DNA of 63,410 bases, filler included, from Octopus bimaculoides (lineage: Eukaryota): NCBI RefSeq assembly GCF_001194135.2. It is 7 parts of 6 records of this genome, joined end to end, with 100 filler letters (N's around TTAATTAATTAA, not from the genome) between each part and the next. Parts side by side here need not be neighbours in the genome. Positions count along the whole stretch, not along the records: positions 22,624 to 40,560 come from NC_068984.1; positions 40,661 to 46,521 come from NC_068981.1; positions 46,622 to 59,316 come from NC_068989.1; 4 more parts are not named here. The stretch is one strand, 5' to 3'. Within the stretch, counting starts at the first letter, position 1, and each line of letters starts with the position of its first letter. A program made the position numbers and the translations under genes. Positions 38,825 to 51,410 of the stretch are shown here, piece after piece. The notes below the pieces were generated by a model, which was given only the letters and a program-made list of their open reading frames with translations, ran no database searches and had not been told where the DNA came from.

Positions 38825-40020
38825 TTGGGTTGGCAACTAAGTTCCCACCGATTTTTTTATTTTTGGAATTTATTGCGTTTTTAAATTCTGGAATCTATTT
38901 TTTCCGAGAATTTTATTTTTTAATCATTTCGGAATCTTTTTTTTTTTTTTCTAGTTAATTTTAGCTAATTTTTGTTTATTTTCAGATCATTAAAATGGAA
39001 TGTTAAGATAAGGAAAACGAGCATTTTCGACACCTCCTTCTGTTTCCTTTTAATCAACATTTGTGCTGTGTATGGAGAGGGTGCCATAGCTAAAAGAACC
39101 GCTCGTGATTGGTATGCCCAGTTCAAAAATGGAAATTTTTACCTCAAAGATGCACCTCGTTCTCGCCGTCCAGTTGAGTTCGATGAAGACTGATTAAACC
39201 AACTTTTGCTCGAAAATTCTCGTCAAAAGAAAAGGGAACTGGCAGAGAAAATTGAATGCTCCCACACTGCTATAAAGAAACATCTTCACTCGATGCGAAA
39301 GGTTCAGATGTATGGAGCATGGGTTCCACATGTTTTAAGTGACAACAACAAAAATCAACGAGCCACAACCTCCATCGGTTTGCTTACACGTCACCGCTCA
39401 GCTCATGGACACAAGCAACGATTTCTTTACCGAATCGTTACTGGCGACGAAAAATGTTACCTGTACATCAAAATGAAGCAGCGCAATGAATGGCTTAGCC
39501 CCGGTAAACAAGCTACATCCGCGTAAAACGAGGTTGTGCGTATGGTGGGACTGGGAAAGGATTATCCGTTACGAATTGCTTGAACGGAACCAAACGGTCA
39601 AATAGCTGGAACGACTCCACAAGGTTATTCAAGAGTAAAGACCTAATCGGCAGTATGGAGTTCTTCTGATACGCGACAACGCCCGCCCCCATATCGCCAA
39701 TATTACCAAGGATGCCATTCAAACGCATGGCTGGTAAGTGCTGCCACACCCTCCGTACTCTCCTGATTTGGCACCAACGAATTTCCACCTCTTTCGATCT
39801 CTTTCAAATGATGCAGAATTTAGAGCTTGGTTGGATCAATTTTTCGAGTCGAAATCGGATGATTTCTACCAACGAGATATTGAAAATCTTGTTGAACGTT
39901 GGGAAGAAGTTGTAAACAACAAAGGTGAATACGTTATTGATTAATTAGTTGTTATTTACTATTACACCTTTAAATTTTTTTAAATTTAAATAGACGGCGG
40001 GAACTTAGTTGCCAACCTGA
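38825..40020 (+). mobile_element. Near full-length (1196 bp) inactive mariner element with TIRs and TA TSD
   Basis: Left TIR TTGGGTTGGCAACTAAGTTCCCACCG; right TIR (revcomp) TCAGGTTGGCAACTAAGTTCCCGCCG; TA at 38823-38824 and 40021-40022. Disrupted transposase 38995-39944 with HFRHLLLF, WVPHVL, IVTGDEK, RDNARPH, HPPYSPDLAP. Confidence 0.93.
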
Positions 40021-41391
40021 TATTTAGTAGATAATCCTATGTTTGTATGTGCTTTGTTTAACCTAGAATTGCTTCTGATGCACCAGACCCATGGCATAGT
40101 TTTTGAATTGTTTTTCCTTCTTGAAATACTGTACATCTGCGTCTTTCTTTTGACGAAAGGGTGGATCTTGAGAGAGATTTAGCTGCTATTTGTATTAGCT
40201 GAAGCTATATCAGACACACCTCTGTGTGTGCGTGTGTTTTGTTGTGGTGAATACAATACTTTTTATCAGGATATTTTACACAATATTTTTCTAAGAAATC
40301 TGAAACATCTTTCTACTGCTAAAAAGAACTAGACATCCACGTCTCCACAATACCGAATGAACCACTAGCCCGACGTGAAGTGCATACGGGGACAGTGGAA
40401 TCAAACGCCCTTGTACACCAAATGGGCCAACAGCTGCGACACAGGCACATTGAAGAATGGTGGGAGTGAAACACCTCACACTGAGGAAATCAGAAGGACC
40501 ACGGTGATGCTCCACCATGACCCCACCCGCATGGCTAAAATTAGTAGAAGGGAGTATATANNNNNNNNNNNNNNNNNNNNNNNNNNNNNNNNNNNNNNNN
40601 NNNNTTAATTAATTAANNNNNNNNNNNNNNNNNNNNNNNNNNNNNNNNNNNNNNNNNNNNATATATATCAAAATGGAACAAAAACGCAATAGAGGGCATT
40701 AAAACATTCGGATAGATAGACGATGCGAAGGCGGACAAGAGAAACAATAATTAGGACATACAAAAAACGACGGGCCATTCTTGGCTTTCTTTCAACAGTG
40801 ATTTCCCAAACGTCACGACCATTTCGGGTAATTACACTTGAGATGGTTCAATCTGGTTACCCACCGCCCCGAAAAAAGCTAAGAGTATTGGACCCCTTTG
40901 TAAGAAAGCTAGCGAATGTGTACGGCAACAAAGACAAAAAACAAACAAACAAACAAAAAACGAGAATATGGTACACAATTACGAATACAAGCAACAAGAA
41001 ATAATAACAGGCGTCTTTCGGCTGAGAACGAATCAACTTGAACTGGCGTGTATGAAGTGAAAGCCTAAATGCAGGAACATGGGAGAAAGACATAAGAGAT
41101 GCTGGCGATCGGCAGTCAGACCAAAAAAGAAAGATTATGGCTGGGCGGACACTGGTCACGTAGAAGGAGGAGAGATGGGTAGGGCACAGCGGCATTGAGG
41201 GATACGAAAAAATAAGAAAAAGAGAAAGGTGCAGGTGAGATAAACGAGTGGGAAATAGTGGGAGTTAAAGAAAGAGAGGGCCAAGAAATGTGAGAGACAG
41301 GAGCGAGAAAAAGACAGAAAAATGATAGTGAGAATAAAAGATAGAGTAAAAGTCGTGCAAAATTAAGATACATATACATATATACTATATA

Positions 41392-41429
<38 letters not shown>

Positions 41430-41847
41430 GTACATGTATATACACGAACAGACACACACGCACAAACACACACGCACGCACACACACACACATGTATACA
41501 TACATATAAGTAAGTGTCAAGTACTGGGGTCGCTGGTATCCACTAACCCTATTCCCTTCAAAAAAGATTGCTATAAGCAGTTTTACTCCTTTACTTATAT
41601 TTTCTCCCCTTCGCTTTTTCCCATATTAACAGTCATTCTAATAGCTCTTTTGTCTTAATAACGATCAGTTACATAGGGAAGTTAGAGTCTAGTATTTTCG
41701 ATTTAAGAACTTAAATTTAGCTAAGTTCTTAACGTCAAATGAGAATGTGGAGGTGTACCACAGAATAGAGCGTCCGCTGCGTTTGTTTCCTCTGACAATA
41801 TTACCTCCTCCATTCCTGAACCCCATCCCCCAAATTCACCTAATTTT

Positions 41848-42342
41848 AACTGCCGTCCTGGAACCATCTGCCCGGTACACACCCATTGCAGAAGATATGA
41901 TGTAATTTACAAATGCACTGTCTTTAATCTATTACACAACTCTACAGCCATATACATAGGATTAACCAAAAATTTTAAGTAACGATATGCCGCTCACTTC
42001 CATTCTTTTAGATACGATAAACATAGTAAACACTCGCCAACCACATACATCATCTCACTAACCACATACATACATACAACACTCGCCAACCACATACATC
42101 ATCTCAAAAATACAAATATACTCTATACTCTATCATGGTCCATACTGGATTTAGGGCTTCCCTACCGAGGTCAACACTCAACCTGCAAGCTTTGCCTGAA
42201 GGAGACGCTTCACATATTAAAGCACAACTCTCCAACTCTGCTAAATAAGCATAATGAGGCACTAAGCACATGCAACCACCGCTCTTTTCACACATTCAAA
42301 TTCTACCACAAATTTAAATGCCTAAATGATCTAAATGCCTAA
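41848..42342 (+). pseudogene. Penelope-like element GIY-YIG endonuclease remnant (missed by the ORF track)
   Basis: NCRPGTICPVHTHCRRYDVIYKCTV...AIYIGLTKNFK*RYAAHFHSFRYDKH / TLANHIHHLKNTNILYTLSWSILDLGLPYRGQHSTCKLCLKETLHILKHNSPTLLNKHNEALSTCNH. One stop; a 29-bp duplication (42029-42057 / 42078-42106) shifts the frame. Confidence 0.85.
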
Positions 42343-43538
42343 ATACAGTATATTTCCACAATACTCTTTAGTAATCCCAATTACCTTATAAATCTACATT
42401 TTAACTCCTAATCCCTATCTAATTCCTCTTTCATACTCGGATATCACAATCATTTAATTATATTTGTGTGTATATGCGTACGTACGTATGTACGTGTATA
42501 CGCGTGCGCATGTGTTTGTATGTGTGTGTATGTGTGTGTGTATGTCTGTATGCAAGATGTATATACCTGTGTGTGCAGGGGTGATAATACATACAGATAC
42601 ACGTATATGTGGGTGTACTTATGTACATATACATATGAGTACGTGTTGTATGTGTATAAATATCTATATACATGTTTACGTCACTTAAAAAAACCCTCGA
42701 TTCAAAAACACCGTTTTGTAAACCGATTTTAAATACTATTGGAACTTACTCACAAGGCACAGGAATCTTAATCTAGGCGTACCTGTTGATGAAGACTTCG
42801 CCCAACAAATGATTTTATTTGCTAAAAAAAGTCAGAAACCATGGTCCAGGAGATTGATGGTAAATGTTTTTAATTTTCATTCCCTTCGAAGTTTATCCCT
42901 AGTAGTGGTTTGGATTTTGGCTGTTCCTTCTAGCGTGCCAGAAATCCTATGACGGATACCTCTTATGTGTTTAAATGTACATTGTATTTATATGAATAAT
43001 ATATAGTCTATTGACTAATTATTCTATACTGGTAGTAAAAATTTGTTACCCTGATATTATGAATTATATATATATATAATATANNNNNNNNNNNNNNNNN
43101 NNNNNNNNNNNNNNNNNNNNNNNNNNNNNNNNNNNNNNNNNNNNNNNNNNNNNNNNNNNNNNNNNNNNNNNNNNNNNNNNNNNNNNNNNNNNNNNNNNNN
43201 NNNNNNNNNNNNNNNNNNNNNNNNNNNNNNNNNNNNNNNNNNNNNNNNNNNNNNNNNNNNNNNNNNNNNNNNNNNNNNNNNNNNNNNNNNNNNNNNNNNN
43301 NNNNNNNNNNNNNNNNNNNNNNNNNNNNNNNNNNNNNNNNNNNNNNNNNNNNNNNNNNNNNNNNNNNNNNNNNNNNNNNNNNNNNNNNNNNNNNNNNNNN
43401 NNNNNNNNNNNNNNNNNNNNNNNNNNNNNNNNNNNNNNNNNNNNNNNNNNNNNNNNNNNNNNNNNNNNNNNNNNNNNNNNNNNNNNNNNNNNNNNNNNNN
43501 NNNNNNNNNNNNNNNNNNNNNNNNNNNNNNNNNNNNNN

Positions 43539-43591
<53 letters not shown>

Positions 43592-44336
43592 CATAAACAC
43601 ATACAAGTATGCATATGTGCATATACATATGTAAAAACGTATGTATATGCATACTTTGTCTATCTCCTTACCTTCTTGGAGGATTTAGGTAAAATTATAC
43701 TAATGTGTCAATCTATTTTAATTTAATTTAAGTTAATTCTATGTCTTTATGAAGCAGAGGATTGCTCTGCATTTAAATTGATGTAATGATTGCATTGTTC
43801 AATTAAATGGAGTTGCTTGAAATGATCGTATTGCATTACCTCTGGATATCCTTGTTGCTTATTTTGATATGTAAAAACATATATGGACACCATTAGAGGA
43901 ATCCAGTTGAGTAGAGATTGAGGAAATTATGCAGATAAACAAATTAAACATAACATTTTAGGTTTGATATACAATATATATATGTATATAAACATACATA
44001 CACACAGAGAGTCACAGACACACAGGCACACATACTCATGCGCGCTCATCTGTATATTATGTGCACACACACATATGCATACAAGAAAAAAGCGGAGACC
44101 AAAACAATTTTCTGATGATGAATATTTAAGTATAGATATATAGATATTTATGTATTATTAAATCAAGCTTATACAGAGTACAAACGGCATAGAAAATTAA
44201 AGGGGAGAAGGTAAAGTGTTACAAGCCCAACATTCAGAGATCCATGTTGATGTTGGTTGATGTAGTTCATCAAAATATGCAATCAGTAAGTGAAGCAAAT
44301 AATATTGGAGAAATCGAACCACTGTATTCAGGGTAG

Positions 44337-44383
<47 letters not shown>

Positions 44384-45890
44384 AACAAACAGGCTGGTTG
44401 GTTACGTTAAGAAGCCATCGGTTCTGGCTGCAGGGGATAAAAATCAGCAGCCACTCTCTACTGGTATATTTAATTTGCCGTCCAAAATAAAATATTTAAA
44501 TCGCAAGATTTTAGCTAGGAATTTATTGTTGACAATGTAACCTTTCTAGCAGCAATAAATACGTAGTAGTCAGGAGTTTGCAAGCACAGGTGTAAGTTTT
44601 ATTACTGGCGTCACTCCCAGAACGCGAAGACATGTAACAAATGCCTCATGGTATCTTGACTAATACTATCTTGACTATGGTATCTATCAATGCGCAACTC
44701 AGGATTAGTATTTTTCATAAAACTAGAAAGGATGACAGCCAAAGTTCTTATCGACTGGATTTGAACTCAAAGTGCTTCGAGTTGGAAAATACCAGGCGTC
44801 TTCCCCTCCAATACATTCATGTCTCTACCATTTCCTATACATATGTAATCCTTCATATGTTGTCAGACTAGAAAGCTTCGTTTTCCCTCAATCTATTGAG
44901 TGCAACTTACTCTGGCGAATTGTTCGTCTTTAAGAAAAATATTTTTAATAATGACAATTTCTAAATTTGTTTGCATGAATCTTGTGATGCGTAATCAATA
45001 CTGCCAATTAATTAAAACGCTTATGGTTGTTTTCATCTCAATTAAAATGCTTCTTTAATTACACTAAGTTTTGTACTATGGAAACAGCGATCTAAACCTT
45101 TAGCCATTTAAAACACTTTTAAGCACGTATATTTGATATTTGATAGGCAAAACATTTTTGAAAATAATAGACCAGACAACAAGCAAAGATGGTTAATTCA
45201 CAGTAATGTTATATTGGAGAGAATTTAAAGCTATATGGAATAATCGTGTTCCATATTTGATGGGTAATAAAATATTTAAGTTATTGATTGCTTAATGCAT
45301 ATACAGGAAATACTGAACTACCGCTATATTTTTCTAATATGATTATATTGTTATTGTCCCAGGTCAATTTTGATCGACTACGTAAAAGTTACTTTACTTG
45401 ATCATATTTTACATTTTGCTCACTTTTCAAAAAAAAAAACAAAAAAAAAATTATCAAAGGAACTTACATTATGTAGAGGTGAAAACAACGCTCGTGAGCT
45501 GACATCAGCCATATTGTGAGTCCTGTTATGATATTTAGTAGTCCATGTGATGATGATGAAAATTCGAAATCCAACAGAATAATTTACATTTTTAAAATAA
45601 GCATTTAGATGTCAATGTACAATTAGAAAATGAACTTACATTAAATTGCTATAACTTATATACATACATACATACATACATACATACATACATACATACA
45701 TACATACATACGTACGTACATACATACATACATACATACATACATACATACATACGTACGTACATACGTACATACATACATACATACATACATACATACA
45801 TACGTACATACGTACATACATACGTACATACGTACATACATGCATACATGCATACATACATACATACATACATACATACATACATACATA

Positions 45891-46455
45891 ATCACACTAA
45901 TGATTAGAGAAAAAGAGAACAACTACGTCGAGCTACTGAGAAATTTGCAGATACTCCACCCAGACTAGAAGTTCAGATTCATACCCGTGATTGTTGGGGC
46001 ATTGGGATATGTAACGAACTGCCTCAACAAAAACCTGGAAAAATTAGGGTTCTCAAAACCTGAAAGAAAAAGGTTGATCAGAAGACTACAGATCCAAGCC
46101 ATAAATGGAACTGTAAAAATATGTAAAACTTTCCAAAAATTTAGCACATAAATACGTATGCATGCATCGAGACATGAAAATATATACATAAAAACGCATC
46201 CATAAAACAAACATACAAATCTGCGCAGAAATACATATGCATACGCCTAAACATGAAAATATATACATAAAAACGCATCCTTAAAACAAACATACAAATC
46301 TGCCCATACACTAACACCAAATACTGCACACACACACATATGCACAAATACCTAGAGGATGTTGATAAAAGTTCCAATGAAGTAGCCTTGAATCTATGTT
46401 TGAGTCCGGCTCTTTTTCTATTGACAAGAAATACAGAAATGAAACTGATTGATAG
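45891..46455 (+). mobile_element. Second copy of the (TACA)n-embedded RLE retrotransposon 3' fragment
   Basis: Closely similar to 1490-1977, with an extra internal ~80-bp tandem duplication in the 3' UTR; flanked by (TACA)n 45660-45890 and ~46456-46510. Confidence 0.8.
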
Positions 46456-46621
46456 CATACATACATACATACATACATAGATACATACATACATACATAC
46501 ACACACATACACGCACACACANNNNNNNNNNNNNNNNNNNNNNNNNNNNNNNNNNNNNNNNNNNNTTAATTAATTAANNNNNNNNNNNNNNNNNNNNNNN
46601 NNNNNNNNNNNNNNNNNNNNN

Positions 46622-46658
<37 letters not shown>

Positions 46659-46868
46659 CTATAGTAAGTCTCTCAGCGAGATATAAACAGTTAGAATACG
46701 GATTCGTAACATAATTGCCAACCAAATGTGGCGTCCTATACAGGACAGTACTACTGATGTCTATAGCCACAGGAAGACATCTCTTCAAGCCGATTTACGA
46801 CACACATTCTGTGTCCGATTAGTATTTGCGAGGGGAGATTATTGCTCCTATCTCTCGCCTTACGTGAT

Positions 46869-46915
46869 ACACACGGACTCGAGTTTCTGGGTGGTTACCC
46901 GTCATCAGCGTGTGT
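46869..46915 (-). ncRNA. Near-intact minimal type I hammerhead ribozyme
   Basis: Minus: ACACACG CTGATGA C GGGT aacc ACCC A GAAA CTCGAGT C CGTGTGT. 7-bp perfect stem I, canonical CUGAUGA and GAAA, palindromic stem III ACUCGAGU, GUC triplet (cleavage 3' of 46876). The base of stem II is C.A; one CpG transition restores C-G. Confidence 0.75.
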
Positions 46916-47330
46916 TAATCACCAGCTAGCAATGAAAACTCATTCCAATAACTTCTGCTGTACAATATATGTACAATATACATCATAACTACTGTCCGTC
47001 GGATTCTAAGACAACGAATCCTGCCGCATATCAAATTATCCTAACCTCATGGTTCATTACAATTTCCCTAAAACCAATTTCATGAAAACTGCGTATCGTA
47101 ATCACACCATTCCATTTACGATTTCATTAAACGTAAGTTAACGACAATTTTTCTACCTTACTTCTTGCCTTCCATGGATATAACAAGAACTCAAAGCAAC
47201 GAATAGATCTCTACGTGGTCGCTGAATCCTATTGGAAATAATTGGGAAATTTACTTTAGGTCGAAAGCTGTGCATTCGCAGAATCGTGAAAGCGTCAGAA
47301 AAATGTCCTTTCTCTACACTAGTCGTTTAA

Positions 47331-47522
47331 TCTTTTACTTGTTTCAGTCATTTGACTGCGGCTATGCTGGAGCACCGCCTTTAGTCGAGCAAATTGACCC
47401 TGGGACTTATTCTTTGTAAACCTAGTACTTATTCTATCGGTCTCTTTTGCCGAACCGCTAATTGACGGGGACATTAAACACACCAGCATTGGCTGTCAAG
47501 AAATGCTAGGGGGACAAACACA

Positions 47523-47558
<36 letters not shown>

Positions 47559-47980
47559 NNNNNNNNNNNNNNNNNNNNNNNNNNNNNNNNNNNNNNNNNN
47601 NNNNNNNNNNNNNNNNNNNNNNNNNNNNNNNNNNNNNNNNNNNNNNNNNNNNNNNNNNNNNNNNNNNNNNNNNNNNNNNNNNNNNNNNNNNNNNNNNNNN
47701 NNNNNNNNNNNNNNNNNNNNNNNNNNNNNNNNNNNNNNNNNNNNNNNNNNNNNNNNNNNNNNNNNNNNNNNNNNNNNNNNNNNNNNNNNNNNNATATATA
47801 TATATATATATATACATAGATACGACGGGCTTCTTTCAGTTTCCGTCTACCAAATCCACTCACAAGGCTTTGGTCGGCCCGAGACTATAGTAGAAGACAC
47901 TTGCCCAAGATGCCACGCAGTGGGACTGAATCCGGAACCATGTAGTTGGTAAGCAAGCTACTTACCACACAGCCACTCCT
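47331..47980 (-). mobile_element. SINE family A, full-length, assembly gap inside its internal microsatellite
   Basis: Both halves intact around (CA)n-N(47559-47793)-(TA)n. Confidence 0.9.
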
Positions 47981-48460
47981 GCGCCTAGTTCATTTCTTTT
48001 TTCTTTTACAATCTGAATTCAAATCCCGCCGAGATTGCATTTGCCTTTTATCGTTCCAGGGGCCTGCTGAAGGAAATACCATTTGCATACTGGAATCAAT
48101 TAGTGATTTTCTTTGAAGCAGCATAGATGTGAATGAAATTACCATGGTACACTTTTTAAAGGAAACCAATAAGAAGACACAAAATGTTATAGGAACTGTG
48201 TTTGCTCTTTTGGTTTGCACTATCAAGGTTGATCTAGGTCTAAAAAAGCAACAACAAACATGACAAACACAAAAGTTGCAAGAAAACTAGTAAATAGTAA
48301 TTAGTAAGATATGAAGAGAAATACTAGAACATAAGACGTCAGGTAAAATTTTAGTTGAAGTTCTAAAATTGGGTTGACAAATAAATTGGAATAATTAAAA
48401 TAATCTGTCAAGGGTGTCGGTGTCATTTGGAATATAGTACACAGAGGAAAAACAGTTCAG

Positions 48461-48543
<83 letters not shown>

Positions 48544-49265
48544 TATGTATACAGATATATACATGTAAATTTAAATGTATATATATATATATAAATGTAT
48601 GTATGTGGGTATGTATGTATATATACACACATACACATGTACGCACATGCACGCAGACACACACATATATACACAGATACATAAATGTGTGTGTGTGTGT
48701 ATGTATGGGTGTATATTTTACTGTCCTTTTGTGTGTGTCTCTAAAGAGTGTTGTGAATAGAAATTGAAATTAAAATATTGATTTCAAATGGTGTGGCATG
48801 AACTGAATCAAAAAAAAAAAAGAAAGAAAAGTAAACAAGGTAAGTAAATTGGAAAGAAAAAATGGTTTTCTATATATTTTTTTTATTTCGTTATTTCACT
48901 AGGAGGTGGAGTATCACTCAAAATTGAACAGAATTGAATGGAAGTTTTGAATTAGCAATATAAATTTATTGAAACACTGATTTACCGTGGGACCTCACCA
49001 AAAGTTCAAGTATTCATTTAGAAATGAAGTTTTATTAGTCCACTTCTCGGAATAATTGGCATTAGCCATTTTAAGGAGTTTGGTTAGGGACGGTATTACG
49101 AAAAGTGATTAAATGAAATTAATTGCAATATAGTTAGTTTTATANNNNNNNNNNNNNNNNNNNNNNNNNNNNNNNNNNNNNNNNNNNNNNNNNNNNNNNN
49201 NNNNNNNNNNNNNNNNNNNNNNNNNNNNNNNNNNNNNNNNNNNNNNNNNNNNNNNNNNNNNNNNN

Positions 49266-49296
<31 letters not shown>

Positions 49297-49389
49297 TGGT
49301 GAATTAATGTCACTTTTGGGTTAGTCTCGAGTATAGAGAGCGTCACTGAAAAAAAGTTCGGATTCTAGCTAGTTTTATTAAAATTTATC

Positions 49390-50170
49390 TTTCGAAATAG
49401 GCGAGATTGCAGAATCGTTACAAAATAAATACATAGCGGTATTTCTTCTGGTTCTTCACGTACCAAGTTTATAACCTGCTGAGGTTATCTTTGCCATTCA
49501 TCCTTTCCCTAAAATGAAATACTGAGGTCGATATAATCGACTAACTTCCCCCACCCCAAATTTCAGGCCTTTTCCTATGAGAAAAGTGATTATAATTTTA
49601 TTTTCGATTCTAGCGTGTTTAAGAAATAAATGAACGCTAAAACTCTCTCTTTTCTTCAAAAATTTCCTAACGATTAACATCATCGTTACAGATGGTCAAA
49701 AATTTCGCGGGTTGACGTAAGTCGATCACATTCACTCTCGTACTCAACTGGTACTTGTCTTATCGACTCCCCATGGGTATAAGAGAAACATCGACCTCGG
49801 CAAAATTTGAACTCAGAACAAATAGACGGGCGAAATACTTCTAAGCATGTCGGCCGGCATGCTATCGATTCCGCCAGCTCATCAACGTATCTTTACAGCT
49901 CATTAGCAATTACATTTATCCTACTTTTCAATTGGTTTCATTTGCGATCATCTTCAGAATATTAAAAAATCCTCTTAAGAAAAGAAAAATGAATATTTTG
50001 TCGATGATTTTTGGCGCAAACCTAGAAAATTTTAGGAGAGTGGTACTTGACTGACACTTTATTTTATCGGCTCCGAAAAGATATGAAGCAAAGCTGCTCG
50101 GTGAACTTTGAACATAAAACGTAAAGAGACGGAATGAATAACGCTTAGAATTGTGTCCGTTTCTACGAGT
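49390..50170. mobile_element. Cluster of diverged family-B SINE fragments (49390-49580 +, ~49690-49890 -, ~50010-50170 -)
   Basis: Partial matches such as TTTGCCATTCATCCTTTC and CGACCTCGGCAAAATTTGAACTCAGAAC. Confidence 0.6.
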
Positions 50171-50711
50171 CCGCTGTCATAATAGAAGAAATATTAATAA
50201 TGATTATACTAATAATTCAATTAATTTCAAGCATGTTGATAATGAATATAATGAATATTTTACTTTTAACTTATGAGGTAAACTAAATTATACTTAACTG
50301 TATGTAACTCGTGATATAGCCAGGATAGTCACGACGGCTACGTCTTTAATCAGAGATTTGCAGTCACTCTATAGGTTTTAAGTAGAAGACACTTGCCCAA
50401 AGAATCCGGAACCATGTGGTTGGGAAGCAAAGTTCTTACCACTGAAAAGACCATATTTCTAATACAAAATACAAATATCCAGAGCGACCTTTATAGATTT
50501 GCCTCGGTCTTTTGTTGCACATATATATACTTTTTAAAGAGATCAACATGAAATGGTTTTCTTTCATTGTTCTTTGGTCTTTCATTGATGAAAAGAAAAC
50601 AAATAAATTTCGGCGAAAGTTCCAGATGTGAGCCGTTTCAAAACAAATATAAAAAAACATATATGCATGCATAACATACGCACATACTCACACATATAGT
50701 ATGTGTGTTTG

Positions 50712-50777
<66 letters not shown>

Positions 50778-50787
50778 NNNNNNNNNN

Positions 50788-50858
<71 letters not shown>

Positions 50859-51098
50859 CGTGAGTTCCAAGGATCCAGGTGTAGGAAGAAGATGAGCTTG
50901 AAGTAATCCGTAGAAAATATAAAAAACAGCTTTCAGGAGCAATAATGGTTTATCGAGGCAGAAGGTGGTGAATTTTTCCCGTATCGAAGCACTATATGCT
51001 GAGAAAAATTATATTTTATTTCCCGGTAAGCAGCCAGGGTTACTAGGAATGCTAACAAAATACAGGAGTTAAGGAATAGAGTTGATTAGATACGGGCT

Positions 51099-51270
51099 AC
51101 ATGTTTCATAGCGAGCGGAACATCGGGAGTGGTAAGTATCCAAGTGAGGTGTATACCACAGGCTATTCTTCAGGCCAAGGATATCTTGATTAATCAAGAT
51201 ATCATCGGGCTGAAGTGTAGACTGTGGCATACAACTCGCTTCTGAGGTTCTGCTCGCTATGAAATATATA
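51099..51270. mobile_element. Old MITE-like inverted-repeat element with a central 24-bp palindrome
   Basis: TTTCATAGCGAGCGGAAC (51104-51121) vs GTTCTGCTCGCTATGAAA (51247-51264), 1 mismatch, with weaker pairing inward; perfect palindrome GATATCTTGATTAATCAAGATATC at 51180-51203. Confidence 0.5.
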
Positions 51271-51410
51271 GGCCGGACGTTATCTACTTCATTGCTTAAT
51301 TCTTGTATATATATATATATATACATATTGATAGAAAACGTACGACTATAAAAGAAAGAAAGAAACCTCGATATTGTGTAAATAGAGGAATTTATCTGTA
51401 AAAAATATGT

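Noticed and set aside
40330-40520. Possible LINE RT C-terminal remnant (PNEP...ESNAL)
   Set aside because: Too short and degenerate to assign.
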